DNA of 64,000 bases from Candidatus Eiseniibacteriota bacterium (GCA_963744995.1 CAVUWA010000009.1:192001-256000); one strand, 5' to 3'; counted from the stretch's first letter, positions 50,837 through 62,065 are shown. The notes: generated from the letters alone by a model not told the origin. Made by a program: numbers and translations.

Positions 50837-51981
50837 TGGGAGAGCGCGACTTCTACGAAGTGCTCGGCGTGGCGCGCGGTGCAGCGGAGCCCGAGATCAA
50901 GAAGGCCTATCGCCGGATCGCGTTCGAGAACCACCCGGATCGCAACCCGGGCGACAAGGCCGCCGAAGAGCGCTTCAAAGAAGCCACCGAGGCCTACGAA
51001 ATCCTCAAGGATCCGGACCAGCGCGCCCGCTACGACCAGTTCGGCCACGCCGCGTTCGGCGGTGGGGCGGCGGGCGGTGCGCGCGGCTACGATTTCAGCG
51101 GCTTCGATCTCGCCGACGCGCTGCGCGCGTTCATGCGTGACTTCGGCGGCGACATGGGCGGCTTCGAGGATCTGTTCGGCGCCGCGCGGCGCGGCGGGCC
51201 GCGCCGTGGCGACGACCTGCGCGTGCGGCTCAGGCTGTCGCTCGAGGAGATCCTCACCGGCGTCGAGAAGAAGATCCGCGTCAAGCATCTGCGCCCCTGC
51301 GAGACGTGCAAGGGCAAGGGCGGATCCGGCGAGACCATCTGCCCGACGTGTCAGGGCAACGGCCAGGTCCGCCGCGTCCAGCACACGATCTTCGGCCAGT
51401 TCGTCAACGTCACGACGTGCCCGGCCTGCCAGGGCGAGGGCCGGACGCTGCGCGAGCCCTGTACGGACTGCCAGGGTGACGGCCGCGAGAGCCGCACGGA
51501 GACGATCTCGGTCCAGGTGCCGGCCGGGGTCGCGGGCGGCAACTACATTCCGCTGCGCGGCATGGGCGATGCAGGCATCCGCGGCGGCCCCGCGGGCGAT
51601 CTGATCGTGCAGATCGAGGAGAAACGACACGACGTGTTCGAGCGCGACGGCAACGACCTCCACGTGGACGTGCCGGTGAGTTTCGCTACGCTCGCGCTCG
51701 GCGCCGCGATCGAAGTGCCGGTGCTGGACGGCGGGGCGGCGCCGCTGAACGTTCCGGCCGGCACGCAGAGCGGACACGTGATGCGCCTGCGCGGCAAGGG
51801 ACTCCCCGCGCTGCGCGGCGGCAAGGGCGATCTCTATGCGCGACTCCACGTGTGGGTGCCGGGCAAGCTGTCGGGCGAGGACCGGAAGCGGCTCGCAGCG
51901 ATCGAAAAGGGCGGCGGCCTCAAGCCGCCCAGACCCTCGCGTTCGCTGTTCGAGCGCGTGAAGGACGCCTTTGCGGGGTGA
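50836..51981 (+). CDS. dnaJ: Chaperone DnaJ
   Basis: J domain with HPD, G/F region, four CxxCxGxG repeats. Confidence 0.97.
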   Translation: MGERDFYEVLGVARGAAEPEIKKAYRRIAFENHPDRNPGDKAAEERFKEATEAYEILKDPDQRARYDQFGHAAFGGGAAGGARGYDFSGFDLADALRAFMRDFGGDMGGFEDLFGAARRGGPRRGDDLRVRLRLSLEEILTGVEKKIRVKHLRPCETCKGKGGSGETICPTCQGNGQVRRVQHTIFGQFVNVTTCPACQGEGRTLREPCTDCQGDGRESRTETISVQVPAGVAGGNYIPLRGMGDAGIRGGPAGDLIVQIEEKRHDVFERDGNDLHVDVPVSFATLALGAAIEVPVLDGGAAPLNVPAGTQSGHVMRLRGKGLPALRGGKGDLYARLHVWVPGKLSGEDRKRLAAIEKGGGLKPPRPSRSLFERVKDAFAG

Positions 51982-52711
51982 TGCGGCTCCGGCCTGCGTC
52001 TACGTGCCGGACCTGCCGGAGCCGGGCGGGAGCGGGTGGCTGGCAGGCGACGAGCGCCACCACGTCGTGACCGTCTGCCGCGCCGCGGCGGGAGACACGG
52101 CGACCGCGACCGACGGCGCGGGCCGCCGCGCCACGATTCGGCTGACGTCGCTCGGGACGCGCGTCGCGTTCCAGGTCGAGGCGGTGGAAGTCGTGCCGCG
52201 CGCCCGGACCCTGCGCATCGCCTGCGGCGCACCCGAGGGCACGCGCGCCGACTGGCTGATCGAAAAGCTCGCCGAGCTCGGGACCGCGAGCCTCCAGCCG
52301 CTCGACTGCGCGCGCGGCCGCTGGCGCTGGTCGCCGTCGCGCGCGGCGCGCTCGGAGCGGCTCACGATCGCGGCGCTCAAGCAGTCGTGCGCCGCGCATC
52401 GCATGCGGGTCGAGCCGCCTGCAGGCCTGACGGCGTGGCTCGAGTCGCTCGAGCCGGGCGGTACGCGCTGGTTGGCCGATCCGCAGGGAGGCCCGCCGCC
52501 TGCCGGGGCCGCGGATGGGACGCTGCTCGCCGCGAGCGGCCCGGCGTCCGGTTTCACCCCCGGGGAGCTGGCCGCCCTCGAGGCGTCCGGCTTCATCGCC
52601 GTGCGCCTCGCGGCAGACGTCCTCAGGGCGGAAACGGCGGGGCTGGCGCTGGCCGCGCTGTGGGCGGCAACCGGCGTCCAGGCGGCCCGGGCGGACCGGC
52701 GGCCGACCTGA
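51971..52711 (+). CDS. rsmE: 16S rRNA m3U1498 methyltransferase
   Basis: HHVVTVCR, EKLAELG, QS, GPASGF and VLRAETA. Confidence 0.85.
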   Translation: MRGDAAPACVYVPDLPEPGGSGWLAGDERHHVVTVCRAAAGDTATATDGAGRRATIRLTSLGTRVAFQVEAVEVVPRARTLRIACGAPEGTRADWLIEKLAELGTASLQPLDCARGRWRWSPSRAARSERLTIAALKQSCAAHRMRVEPPAGLTAWLESLEPGGTRWLADPQGGPPPAGAADGTLLAASGPASGFTPGELAALEASGFIAVRLAADVLRAETAGLALAALWAATGVQAARADRRPT

Positions 52712-52795
52712 CCCGCCGCGCAGCCGGGGCCTTCATCTACAAGTCTTTGCGGTGCATTGGAATAGCGGCGTGGCTGCGGCGCGGCCGCCGGGGGG

Positions 52796-52825
52796 TTGAC
52801 GCTGGCGCGGCTCCGCACATAGACT
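52796..52825 (+). promoter_or_regulatory. Sigma70-type promoter of rpsU
   Basis: TTGACG-N18-TAGACT. Confidence 0.6.
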
Positions 52826-52917
52826 GGCTGAGGTGTCTTCGCGCCCGGGGATCCCCGTGGCGCGATTTGATGTTTACCCGAACGGTCTGTGCATGAGGGC
52901 GGAGAGGGGGGAATTTC

Positions 52918-53118
52918 TTGCCCGGAATCAGGGTCAAGGAAGGCGAGTCCTTCGAGAGTGCCCTGCGTCGATTCAAGAAAAAGTGCGAGAAGGCCGGCAT
53001 CATGGCGGACCTCAGGCGACATCAGCACTTCGAGAAGCCGAGTGAGAGGCGGAAGCGCAAGCTGAATGCCGCCAAGCGGAAGAATCTGACGCGGCGGCAG
53101 CAGGCGGAGAATTACTAA
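52918..53118 (+). CDS. rpsU: 30S ribosomal protein S21
   Basis: [12 protein letters not shown] and [11 protein letters not shown]. Confidence 0.96.
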   Translation: MPGIRVKEGESFESALRRFKKKCEKAGIMADLRRHQHFEKPSERRKRKLNAAKRKNLTRRQQAENY

Positions 53119-53120
53119 CT

Positions 53121-53693
53121 CTGGACCGGATCGTCAGTCTCACCTGGCTGGACTGGTCCATCATCGTGCTCGTGGGATTGTTCATGATCCGCGGGCTGAT
53201 ACGCGGCAGCATTTCACAGACCTTCGGCCTCCTCGGTGTCCTGCTGGGACTCTGGGCGGCCGGATGGATTGCACGGTGGGTCGGGGACCTGTGGTCGGGG
53301 GCCCGACCCTCCGTGGTGTTCTGGGCGTTGCGCTGGCTGGTCGCCGCGCTGGGCGGTCTCGCCATCGCGTCGCTGTTCGGCAGTGTGGGTGAGCATCTCG
53401 GCCAGGCGGTGAAATCGGGTCCGGCCGGCTGGCTGGATCGTCTCGGCGGCGCGCTGCTCGGCGGTGCACTCGGGGCCACGGTCGCCGCGTTCACGCTGAT
53501 GGTCGCGCTGCAGCCCCCGCTCGCATCTCACGTGGAATCGGGCATCACCACCTCACGCGTCTCCGCCGTCATCCTGCACGGCGCCGTCCGTGCATGTTCG
53601 ATTTCGGACCGGGTCTTCCCCGGCACCCGCTGGCTCGCAGAGCGTTTCATCGAAGCCGAACGGCGCGCGTCGGGCGCAGCCGGCGTGATCTGA
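53121..53693 (+). CDS. cvpA: CvpA-family membrane protein; start probably CTG 53121
   Basis: TWLDWSII..RGLIRG and LDRLGGALLG. The usual neighbour mutS2 follows. Confidence 0.8.
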   Translation: MDRIVSLTWLDWSIIVLVGLFMIRGLIRGSISQTFGLLGVLLGLWAAGWIARWVGDLWSGARPSVVFWALRWLVAALGGLAIASLFGSVGEHLGQAVKSGPAGWLDRLGGALLGGALGATVAAFTLMVALQPPLASHVESGITTSRVSAVILHGAVRACSISDRVFPGTRWLAERFIEAERRASGAAGVI

Positions 53694-53725
53694 CCGGGCC
53701 CAGGGACGGGTCTCCTGGGAGAGTC

Positions 53726-56098
53726 GTGGACGAACGTTCCATTCAGCTGCTCGAGTTCGACCGGATCACCGATTCGATCGCCCACGAGGCGGACTCCGAG
53801 CGCGGACGGAGCGTCCTCAGGGCATGGCGGCCGCTCGAGGGCGCGGCCGCGATCGACGCGGCGAACGTGCTGCTCGGCGAGGCGATCGCCCGCCACGGCG
53901 AGCCCGGCACGTGGTGCGCCGTGGGCGAGGGCGAACTGCTCCCGCGCCTCGACCCGCGCGCCGACGGCGCGCTCGACGGCCCGGGGCTGCGCGCCGTGCT
54001 CACCTGGCTCGACGCCGGCCGCGCCACGCGCAGCGCGTGGCGCGAGGCCGAGGCCGCGGCGCGCCACCCGCACCTGGCCGCGGTCGCGGCCGGGATTCCC
54101 GATCTGGACGCGCTCCTCGAACGCATCGCCCGCGCGATCGAGCCCGACGGTCGGGTGGCCGACGGCGCTTCGCCGCTGCTCAAGCGCGCGCGCGCGGAGC
54201 TCGTCGCAGGCGAGCGGCGTCTGCTGGAACGCCTCGAGCGCTGGGCGCGGGGCCACGGCGAGACCGCCTACGTCACGCGCCGCGGCGAACGCTTCGTGGC
54301 GCTGGTGCCCGCGGCGGGCTTCGCACGCAGTCAGGCGCTGGTGCACGACACGTCCGGCAGCGGCCAGTCGCTGTTCGTCGAGCCGCTCGAATTCTGCGAG
54401 GGCAACAACCGCCTCATCGAGACTGCGGCGACGATTACCGAGGAAGAGCGTCGCGTGCTCCGCGAGCTCGCCACCGCGGTGCTCGAGGAGACGCAGGCGC
54501 TGCAGGCGCTGGAGGCGGCGCTCGTGGACTTCGACACGCTGCGCGCCCGCGCGCGCTGGGCGGTGCGAGTGGGCGCGATCGCGCTCGCCCCGGGCGGCGA
54601 GCGGCTCTCACTGGGCGCCGCGCGTCATCCGCTGCTCGCGCTGGGCCGCGATCGCGAACGACTCGTGCCGCTCGATCTCGATCTCGCCGGCGACGGCCGG
54701 CTGCTGCTGGTGAGCGGTCCCAACATGGGCGGCAAGACGGTGCTGCTCAAGACCGTCGGCCTGCTCGCCCTGCTCGCGCACGCGGGGCTGCCGGTTCCCG
54801 CCGCCGAGGGCAGTGCGATCCCGGCGTTCACGGACGTGCGCGTGGACCTCGGCGATTCGCAGTCGGTGGATCAGGGGCTTTCCACCTTCGCGGGCCATCT
54901 GCGCGCGCTGGCGGGAATGGCCGCGGCGGCGGGGCCCCGAACCCTGCTGCTCGCCGACGAGCTCGGCTCGGGCACCGATCCCGACGAGGGAGCCGCGCTC
55001 GGCCGGGCACTGCTCGAACACTTCGCCGGGCGCGGCGCGTGGGGCGTCATGACCACGCACCTCGGGCAGCTCAAGCGCGTCGCCGCCGAGGTGCCGGGAA
55101 TCGTCAACGGCTCGCTCGAATACGACGTCGAGACGATGCGCCCGCGCTATCGCTATCTCGCCGGGGTGCCCGGCGCGAGCCACGGGCTCGAGGTCGCGGG
55201 GCGGATGGACTTTCCGCCGGAGCTGATGCTGCGCGCGCGCGCGCTCACCCCCGATTCGACGCGCGCGCTCGAACAGCTGCTCCAGGAACTGCAGGCGACC
55301 GGGCGCCGCATGCACGAGGAGGAGGCGGCGCTGGCTGCGGCGCGCGAGGCCGCAGCGGAAGCAGCCGCGACGCACGCGCGGGCGACCGAAGACGTGCGCC
55401 GCTCGCTGTCGAGGCTGCGGCAGACGCTCACCCGCGAAAGCGAGGCGGTGCTCGCCCAGGCGCGCGAGTTGTGGCAGTCGATCCGCCAGGAGGCACGCCG
55501 TGCGGCGAAGTCGCCGGAGCGCAGCGAGGACGCGCGGCGCCAACTCGACGAGGTCGAGTCGCGGGTCGAGCGCCTGCAGAAGGAGGCCGCGGAGGCGGCT
55601 GGTGAGACGCACGAGCGGGAACCGATCCGCGCCGCCGACCTGCGGATCGGGCAGCGGGTGCGGGTGAGTGATCTGGGCGGGGTGGTGGCCGAGGTCCTGG
55701 GGCTGCCCGATCCGGACGGACGCGTGCCGCTCCGCCGCGGCAGCTGGAGCATCCAAAGCCACGTGAGCCGGCTGCTGCCGGCGGGCGAGGAGGAGGCGGC
55801 GGCCCTGCCGCGCGCGCGGCGCGCGTCGGTGTCGTTCACGCCGGCCGCCGACACGGTGCCGGCGCAGACGGACCTGCGCGGCATGGACGTCGCGGACGCA
55901 TTGCGCGCGGTGGACGAGGCGCTCGACCGTGCGGTGATCGCCGGGCTTGGCGAGTTGCGCATCATTCACGGGCTCGGCAAAGGGGTGCTGCGGGCAGCGG
56001 TGCAGAAACATCTCGAAGGACACCCGATGGTGACCGGGCGGCGCATGGGCGAGCTCTACGAAGGAGGCCGTGGCGTGACCGTGGCGACGCTCCGATGA
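53726..56098 (+). CDS. mutS2: Endonuclease MutS2
   Basis: LEFDRI, HDTSGSGQSLFVEP, GPNMGGKT, LSTFAGH, DELGSGTDPDEG and an Smr domain (IIHGLGKG). Confidence 0.94.
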   Translation: MDERSIQLLEFDRITDSIAHEADSERGRSVLRAWRPLEGAAAIDAANVLLGEAIARHGEPGTWCAVGEGELLPRLDPRADGALDGPGLRAVLTWLDAGRATRSAWREAEAAARHPHLAAVAAGIPDLDALLERIARAIEPDGRVADGASPLLKRARAELVAGERRLLERLERWARGHGETAYVTRRGERFVALVPAAGFARSQALVHDTSGSGQSLFVEPLEFCEGNNRLIETAATITEEERRVLRELATAVLEETQALQALEAALVDFDTLRARARWAVRVGAIALAPGGERLSLGAARHPLLALGRDRERLVPLDLDLAGDGRLLLVSGPNMGGKTVLLKTVGLLALLAHAGLPVPAAEGSAIPAFTDVRVDLGDSQSVDQGLSTFAGHLRALAGMAAAAGPRTLLLADELGSGTDPDEGAALGRALLEHFAGRGAWGVMTTHLGQLKRVAAEVPGIVNGSLEYDVETMRPRYRYLAGVPGASHGLEVAGRMDFPPELMLRARALTPDSTRALEQLLQELQATGRRMHEEEAALAAAREAAAEAAATHARATEDVRRSLSRLRQTLTRESEAVLAQARELWQSIRQEARRAAKSPERSEDARRQLDEVESRVERLQKEAAEAAGETHEREPIRAADLRIGQRVRVSDLGGVVAEVLGLPDPDGRVPLRRGSWSIQSHVSRLLPAGEEEAAALPRARRASVSFTPAADTVPAQTDLRGMDVADALRAVDEALDRAVIAGLGELRIIHGLGKGVLRAAVQKHLEGHPMVTGRRMGELYEGGRGVTVATLR

Positions 56099-57834
56099 GC
56101 GCGGGCGGCGCTTTCGGATCGCGCGGCGCCGACGACTGGGTCGAGCGCGTGCGTGCGGCGACCGACATCGTCGAGTGGATCGGCCAGACCGTGCAGCTCA
56201 AGCGTTCGGGCCGCAACTGGATGGGGCTGTGTCCGTTCCACGACGAGAAGACGCCGTCGTTCTCGGTGAACGCCGAGCGCCAGTTCTATCACTGCTTCAG
56301 CTGCAAGGTGGGAGGTGACGTCTTCAAGTTCGTGCAGGAAACCGAACACCTCGGTTTCCTCGAAGCGGTGGAACTGCTCTCCAACCGTGCCGGGATTCCG
56401 GTGCCCGAGCGGCGCGGGGCGCCGCGCGGCCGGCGCGGCAGGCTGCTGGAGGCGCTGGAGGCGGCGGCCACGGCCTACCAGCAGTGGCTCGCCGATCCCG
56501 AAACCGGCGCCACGACCCGCGCCTACCTCGAGCGGCGCGGCGTCACCCAGGATGCGATCCGCACGTTCCGCCTCGGACTTGCGCCCGAGGGCTGGGAAAA
56601 CCTGGTGCGGCGGCTCCGCGAGAAGGTGGAGGGCGATGCGCTGGTCGAGGCGGGGCTCGCCGGGCGGCGCGACAGCGGCCGCGGCGGGCTCTACGACCGC
56701 TTCCGGCACCGGCTGATGATTCCGCTCATCGCCCCGGGCGGTGCGGTGCTCGGCTTCGGAGCACGGGCGCTGTCGGATGCGGACAGCCCCAAGTACCTGA
56801 ACTCGCCGGAGACGCCGGTGTATCACAAGGGGGCGTTCCTGTTCGGCGCCGACGAGGCGCGGCGGGCGAAGGATCTCGACGAGGTGTTCGTGGTGGAGGG
56901 GTACTTCGACGCGATCGCCATGCATCAGGCGGGGCTCGTGCAGACCGTCGCCACATCGGGCACGGCACTGACCGCGGAACAGGCGAAGCTGCTCCGACGG
57001 CTCGCGCCGCGAGTCACGATGGCCTACGACGGCGATGCCGCCGGCCGGGGCGCCGTGCTGCGCTCGCTGGGCGTGCTGCTCGGCGAAGGACTCGAGGTGC
57101 GGGTGGTCGCGCTCGCCGAGGGCGACGACCCGGACACCCTGGTGCGCCGCGAGGGGGCGGACGGCTGGTGGCGGGTCCACCGGGCCGCGATCGACCCCGT
57201 GGCCTTCGTTCAGCGGCATGTTTTTTCAATTTCCGGACCCGGGGACCCGCTGGAGCGGGCCGTGGCCACGATCGTCGAGCTTGCAGGAAGCATCGAAGAT
57301 CCGGTAAGAACGCGGATTCTCCTCGATCGGGCGGCCGCGGTCTTCGGCATGCCCGTCGGCGTCCTCGCCCGGGCGGTGGCTCTCAAGCGCCGTGGCCAGG
57401 GCGTGGCGCATCCGGTGCGGGCCGAGGTAGCCGAACGGCGGCGGGGAGAACGGGACCTGGAGCACCGCCTGCTGCAGGCGTTGATGCAGGCCCCGGCGGT
57501 CCTCGAGGAGACGCGCCGGCGGCTGGGACCCGAGGATTTCCGGGATGCGGCCGGTCGGGCGCTGGCGATGCGTCTCTGGAATGGGGGGTCCGGCGAAGAC
57601 GAGGCGCCGGCGGTGCTCGCGCTGGAGCGTGAGTTGCTGGCCGACCTGCCGGATCTGGCCGACTGGGAGGCGGAGGCGCGCGCGGTCAGTCGCGCGATGG
57701 AGGAGCGACGCCTCAGAGGGCGCCTGAGCGAGCGGAAGGAACAGTTGCGCCGCGCGGCCGACGACGAGGAGGCCGTGCGGCTGATGCGCGAGATCGAGGA
57801 AATCGGAGCGTCCTTGCGGACGCTGCACGGATAG
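56095..57834 (+). CDS. dnaG: DNA primase
   Basis: [36 protein letters not shown] and DPD. Confidence 0.97.
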   Translation: MSAGGAFGSRGADDWVERVRAATDIVEWIGQTVQLKRSGRNWMGLCPFHDEKTPSFSVNAERQFYHCFSCKVGGDVFKFVQETEHLGFLEAVELLSNRAGIPVPERRGAPRGRRGRLLEALEAAATAYQQWLADPETGATTRAYLERRGVTQDAIRTFRLGLAPEGWENLVRRLREKVEGDALVEAGLAGRRDSGRGGLYDRFRHRLMIPLIAPGGAVLGFGARALSDADSPKYLNSPETPVYHKGAFLFGADEARRAKDLDEVFVVEGYFDAIAMHQAGLVQTVATSGTALTAEQAKLLRRLAPRVTMAYDGDAAGRGAVLRSLGVLLGEGLEVRVVALAEGDDPDTLVRREGADGWWRVHRAAIDPVAFVQRHVFSISGPGDPLERAVATIVELAGSIEDPVRTRILLDRAAAVFGMPVGVLARAVALKRRGQGVAHPVRAEVAERRRGERDLEHRLLQALMQAPAVLEETRRRLGPEDFRDAAGRALAMRLWNGGSGEDEAPAVLALERELLADLPDLADWEAEARAVSRAMEERRLRGRLSERKEQLRRAADDEEAVRLMREIEEIGASLRTLHG

Positions 57835-57907
57835 AGCCGGGGTGCCGGCGAGCCGCCGCGAGGCGGCGGACGGGCGGAACGGGACGGCTGGGCCGAGGGG
57901 GGAATGC

Positions 57908-59710
57908 ATGGCGACTGCCACGACGAAGAAGCAGCAGAAGAAACTGGAAGTGGCCGAGCAGCGCAAGCGGCTCGACGAGGTGAAGACGCTGGCGCTCAGG
58001 CAGGGCTACGTGACCGAGGACCAGGTCATCTGGCTGCTCGACGACAACCAGGACCCCGACCGGCAGGTCGAGCAGATGGAAGAGATCCACACCATGCTCG
58101 GCAAGATGCACATCGAGGTCTTCGCGAGCGAAGAGGACGCGCAGGATCGCATCCGCAAGCTGCGCAAGATCGAGGACAAGAAGACACCGGCGGCCAGCAA
58201 GGCCGTGCCGCAGCAGCCGGTGCGTTACGACGACCCGGTGCGCATGTACCTTCGCGAGATGGGGCGCGTGCCGCTGCTCACCCGCGAGGGCGAGGTCGAG
58301 ATCGCGCGGCGCATCGAGGCCGGTGACCGTCAGGTCGTGGCGGCGCTGTTCCGCGCCGAGCCCGCGGTGCAGGAGATGAAGGGCATGCTCAAGCAGCTCA
58401 AGGAGGGCATGCTCAAGATCGAGGACTTCATCAAGCTCGCCGAGGACACGACCACCGAGCAGGCGCTCAAGAAGGAGCGGCAGCGCGCGGCGAAGATCCT
58501 CGAGCGCGTGTTCAAGCTGCAGAAGCGTTTCAACGATCTGCTCGCGAAGCAGAACAAGCGCATGACGGAGAAGCAGCGCAGCACGCTCCAGGCGAACTTC
58601 GCCAAGGCCGAAGCCGAGCTCACGCAGGAGATGCACAAGCTCTCGATCAACCCGCGCATCGTCGAGGGCATGTCGGCGCCCCTCAAGGAGGTCGCGGAGC
58701 GCGCGCTCGAGTACGACGAGGTCATTGCGGCGATGGAGCGCCGCTACGGGCACTCGATCGAGGACATCCAGTCCTTCGCGCGCCGCATGAAGCGCGGGCC
58801 GAAGGAACTGCGCGCGGTGCGCCGCGAGAGCGGCCTGCAGCCGGCGCAGGTGTCGGAGTGCCTGGCGGAGCTCAAGACCATCCGCAAGGAGATCAAGAAG
58901 ATCGAGGAGGACGCCGGCATGAGCCGCGATCACATCCTCGAGCTCTACCGCCAGATCCGCGATGGCGAGCGCTCCACCGCGCAGGCCAAGAAGGAGATGA
59001 TCGAGGCCAACGTGCGTCTGGTGATCTCGATCGCCAAGCGCTACACGAACCGGGGCCTCGAGTTTCTCGACCTGATCCAGGAGGGCAATTCCGGCCTGAT
59101 GCGCGCGGTCGACAAGTTCGACTACACCAAGGGCTACAAGTTCTCGACGTACGCGACGTGGTGGATCCGTCAGGCCATCACCCGCGCGATCGCCGACCAG
59201 GCCCGCACGATCCGCGTGCCGGTGCACATGATCGAGCACATCAACCGTGTGGTGCGGGTGTCGCGGCGGCTGGTGCAGGAGCTCGGCCGCGAGCCGACCC
59301 CCGAAGAGATCGCCGAACGGCTGGAGCTGCCGGTCGACAAGGTGAAGAGCATCCTCAAGGCGGCGCAGGAGCCGATCTCGCTCGACCGGCCGATCGGTGA
59401 GGACGACGACTCGAATCTGGGCGACTTCATCGAGGACACGAGCGTGGTCTCGCCGGCCCATTCGGCGGCGTCCGCCATGCTGCGCGACGAGGTGAACGAC
59501 GTGCTGCACACGCTGACGCCGCGCGAAGCGAAGGTGATCCGCCTGCGCTTCGGCCTCACCGAGGACGGCGCGCAGCGCACGCTGGAGGAAGTCGGGGCGT
59601 TCTTCAACGTGACCCGCGAGCGGATCCGTCAGATCGAGGCGAAGGCGCTGAGGAAGCTCCGGCATCCGACGCGCAGCCGGCGTCTCAAGGCGTACACGGA
59701 ACTGCTGTAG
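57908..59710 (+). CDS. rpoD: Primary sigma factor
   Basis: [36 protein letters not shown] and [16 protein letters not shown]. Confidence 0.98.
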   Translation: MATATTKKQQKKLEVAEQRKRLDEVKTLALRQGYVTEDQVIWLLDDNQDPDRQVEQMEEIHTMLGKMHIEVFASEEDAQDRIRKLRKIEDKKTPAASKAVPQQPVRYDDPVRMYLREMGRVPLLTREGEVEIARRIEAGDRQVVAALFRAEPAVQEMKGMLKQLKEGMLKIEDFIKLAEDTTTEQALKKERQRAAKILERVFKLQKRFNDLLAKQNKRMTEKQRSTLQANFAKAEAELTQEMHKLSINPRIVEGMSAPLKEVAERALEYDEVIAAMERRYGHSIEDIQSFARRMKRGPKELRAVRRESGLQPAQVSECLAELKTIRKEIKKIEEDAGMSRDHILELYRQIRDGERSTAQAKKEMIEANVRLVISIAKRYTNRGLEFLDLIQEGNSGLMRAVDKFDYTKGYKFSTYATWWIRQAITRAIADQARTIRVPVHMIEHINRVVRVSRRLVQELGREPTPEEIAERLELPVDKVKSILKAAQEPISLDRPIGEDDDSNLGDFIEDTSVVSPAHSAASAMLRDEVNDVLHTLTPREAKVIRLRFGLTEDGAQRTLEEVGAFFNVTRERIRQIEAKALRKLRHPTRSRRLKAYTELL

Positions 59711-59796
59711 CACGGGCGCGGTCCCGCGCGGCGCTCCGTCGGACCGGCGTCCCCCCGGGGCGCCGGCCTGCGCGTGTCAGGGGGGCGGAGCTCGCC

Positions 59797-61728
59797 TCAG
59801 GCGTCGCGCGCCTCGAGCGCCGCGCGCAGGGTGGAGGCGAGCAGGTTCACCGAGAACGGCTTCACCAGCAGCGGATGCCCGCCGTGGTCTGCGCCGGCGC
59901 CCGGCGCGGTGCCTTCGGCGTAGCCGGACATGAACACCACCGGCGTTTCGGGGCGTTCGGCGCGCAACGCAGCCGCCAGCTGCGGCCCGGTCATGCGCGG
60001 CATCACGACATCGGTGAGCACCACGTCGACCGGCTCCGCGGCGGCCGCCACGCGCTCGAGCGCCTCGGCGCCGTCGCGCGCCTCGATCACGCGATAGCCG
60101 AGCCGGGTGAGCGCGAGCCGCGCGAACTCACGCACGCCGGCCTCGTCCTCGACCAGCAGAACGGTCTCGCGTGCGCCGCGCGGCGCGACGGGCCCGGCCG
60201 CCGCCCGGGCGTCCGCGGCGGCAGGCACCCCTTCGGTCCGCAGCGGCAGCGCGATCCGCACGGTGGTGCCGCGGCCCGGTGCACTGTCGATGTCGATCTG
60301 GCCGCCGGCCTGATGCACGAGCCCGTAGCAGGTGGAGAGGCCCAGCCCCGAGCCGCGGTCCGGACCCTTGGTCGTGAAGAAGGGCTCGAAGGCGCGCGCC
60401 CGCACCTCGGGAGTCATGCCGGCACCGTCGTCCGCCACCATGACTTGGAGCCAGTCGCCCTGCGGCAGGCCCATGGCGGCCACCTGCGCGGCGGCCGGCA
60501 CGCGTGTCTTGATGCGCAGGGTGCCGCCCGCGGGCATGGCGTCGCGCGCATTGACGGCCAGGTTGACCATCACCTGCTCGAACAGCGACGGATCGATGCG
60601 CACCACCCGGCCGGCCGCGCCCGGGGTGAGCTCGAGCTGAATGTGCTCACCGATCAGCCGCAGCAGGAGTCTCTCCAGGTCGCGAATGATCGCGTCCACG
60701 TCCACCAGCCGCGGCGCCACGCGCTCGCGGCGCGCGAACGCCAGCAGCCGGCGGGTGATGTTGGAGGCGCGGTCGGCCGCCTCGATGATCTGCGCAACGC
60801 TGTCGCGGGCCTCGTGGCCCGCCGGCAGGGACGCCGCGCACAGGTCGGCGTAGCCGCGGATCGCGGTGAGCAGGTTGTTGAAGTCGTGCGCGACGCCGCC
60901 GGCAAGCTGGCCGACCGCTTCCATTTTCTGCGACTGCAGCAGCCGTGCCTCCAGCGCGCGACGCGAGGAGATGTCCTCCACGATGGCCAGTGCGCGCCGC
61001 TCGCCGTCGATGAGCACCGGCGTCAGGCTGATCAGGGCGTCGTAGGGAGTCCCGTCCTTGCGCAGGAACTGCACCTCCTGGTGCCGGACGCTGCCCTCGC
61101 GCGCGAACCGTCCGAGGATCGCCGCGCGCGCGCCGGGGTCGGCGTAGAGCCTGGCCACGTTGCCGATCGCCATGACGTCTTCGCGCGTATAGCCGCCCGG
61201 CCGCATCATCGCGTCGTTGAACTCGAGCAGCGTGCCGTCGGGCGCGGCCAGGCCGATGCCGACCGGCGCGTTCTCGAACAGCGTGCGGTAGCGCTGCTCG
61301 CCCTCGCGCAACGCCTCTTCGATCCGCACGCGGTCGGTGACGTCATGGAAGCTCGAGACCAGCCCGCCGACCGACGGGTCGTGAACGAGGCTGACGCCGG
61401 CGCCCTCCATGATCAGATAGTGCCCGTCGCGATGGCGCAGGCGATGGCGGAACTCCAGCACGACCCCGGGTTGGGCGAGGGCGCTGGCGAACAGCGCCGC
61501 CGCGTTCCCGGCGTCCTCCGGATGCACGAGGTGCGGCCCGGCGCGGCCCACGAGCTGCTCCGGTCGCCAGCCGAGCACCCGTGTCATCGCCGGGTTGGTG
61601 TAGATCAGCGTGCCGTCGGGAGCGAACAGCGTGACGACGTCGAGACTGTGCTCGACGAGGGCGCGGAAACGCGCGGAGTCGTCTTCGCGCGCGGGTCCGG
61701 GCGTGGCGGGGTCGGGTGTGCGGGCCAT
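59797..61728 (-). CDS. PAS-PAS hybrid histidine kinase / response regulator
   Basis: Two PAS domains, AHDFNNLL, NLAVNARDAM, FEPFFTTK and a receiver domain (VEDE, TDVVMP, KPF). Confidence 0.95.
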   Translation of the reverse strand: MARTPDPATPGPAREDDSARFRALVEHSLDVVTLFAPDGTLIYTNPAMTRVLGWRPEQLVGRAGPHLVHPEDAGNAAALFASALAQPGVVLEFRHRLRHRDGHYLIMEGAGVSLVHDPSVGGLVSSFHDVTDRVRIEEALREGEQRYRTLFENAPVGIGLAAPDGTLLEFNDAMMRPGGYTREDVMAIGNVARLYADPGARAAILGRFAREGSVRHQEVQFLRKDGTPYDALISLTPVLIDGERRALAIVEDISSRRALEARLLQSQKMEAVGQLAGGVAHDFNNLLTAIRGYADLCAASLPAGHEARDSVAQIIEAADRASNITRRLLAFARRERVAPRLVDVDAIIRDLERLLLRLIGEHIQLELTPGAAGRVVRIDPSLFEQVMVNLAVNARDAMPAGGTLRIKTRVPAAAQVAAMGLPQGDWLQVMVADDGAGMTPEVRARAFEPFFTTKGPDRGSGLGLSTCYGLVHQAGGQIDIDSAPGRGTTVRIALPLRTEGVPAAADARAAAGPVAPRGARETVLLVEDEAGVREFARLALTRLGYRVIEARDGAEALERVAAAAEPVDVVLTDVVMPRMTGPQLAAALRAERPETPVVFMSGYAEGTAPGAGADHGGHPLLVKPFSVNLLASTLRAALEARDA

Positions 61729-61794
61729 GGGCTTCCCTCATCGGTGTCGGCGACGCCGCGCACAATGACAGAGGCGGCGGGTGCGGTCCATCGC

Positions 61795-61823
61795 TTGACA
61801 CCCCTCGGGCCCGATGCTATCAA
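61795..61823 (+). promoter_or_regulatory. Sigma70-type promoter of the tRNA pair
   Basis: TTGACA-N17-TATCAA with an extended TG. Confidence 0.7.
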
Positions 61824-61879
61824 CGCACGGCTTTTCGACGCCTGCCCCCCGATGCGGGGGGGACCCGGGGCGTCGCGCT

Positions 61880-61953
61880 GGGCCCATAGCTCAGCGGTCC
61901 AGAGCGGCCGGCTCATAACCGGTAAGACCCTGGTTCGAATCCAGGTGGGCCCA
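61880..61953 (+). tRNA. tRNA with CAT anticodon, most likely tRNA-Ile2 (lysidine); CCA not encoded
   Basis: GGGCCCA acceptor stem and GCCGG-CTCATAA-CCGGT. Lacks the initiator features (1:72 mismatch, GGG/CCC anticodon stem). Lies downstream of rpoD, like E. coli ileX. Confidence 0.85.
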
Positions 61954-61989
61954 GAGTGTCCATGCGGTTCGAGCCGGGCGACGGGTCAC

Positions 61990-62065
61990 GGGCGGGTAGC
62001 TCAGCTGGCAGAGCACCTGGATCACAACCAGGGGGTCACAGGTTCAAGTCCTGTTCCGCCCACCA
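61990..62065 (+). tRNA. tRNA-Val(CAC)
   Basis: 76-nt cloverleaf, CCTGG-ATCACAA-CCAGG, CCA end. Confidence 0.92.
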
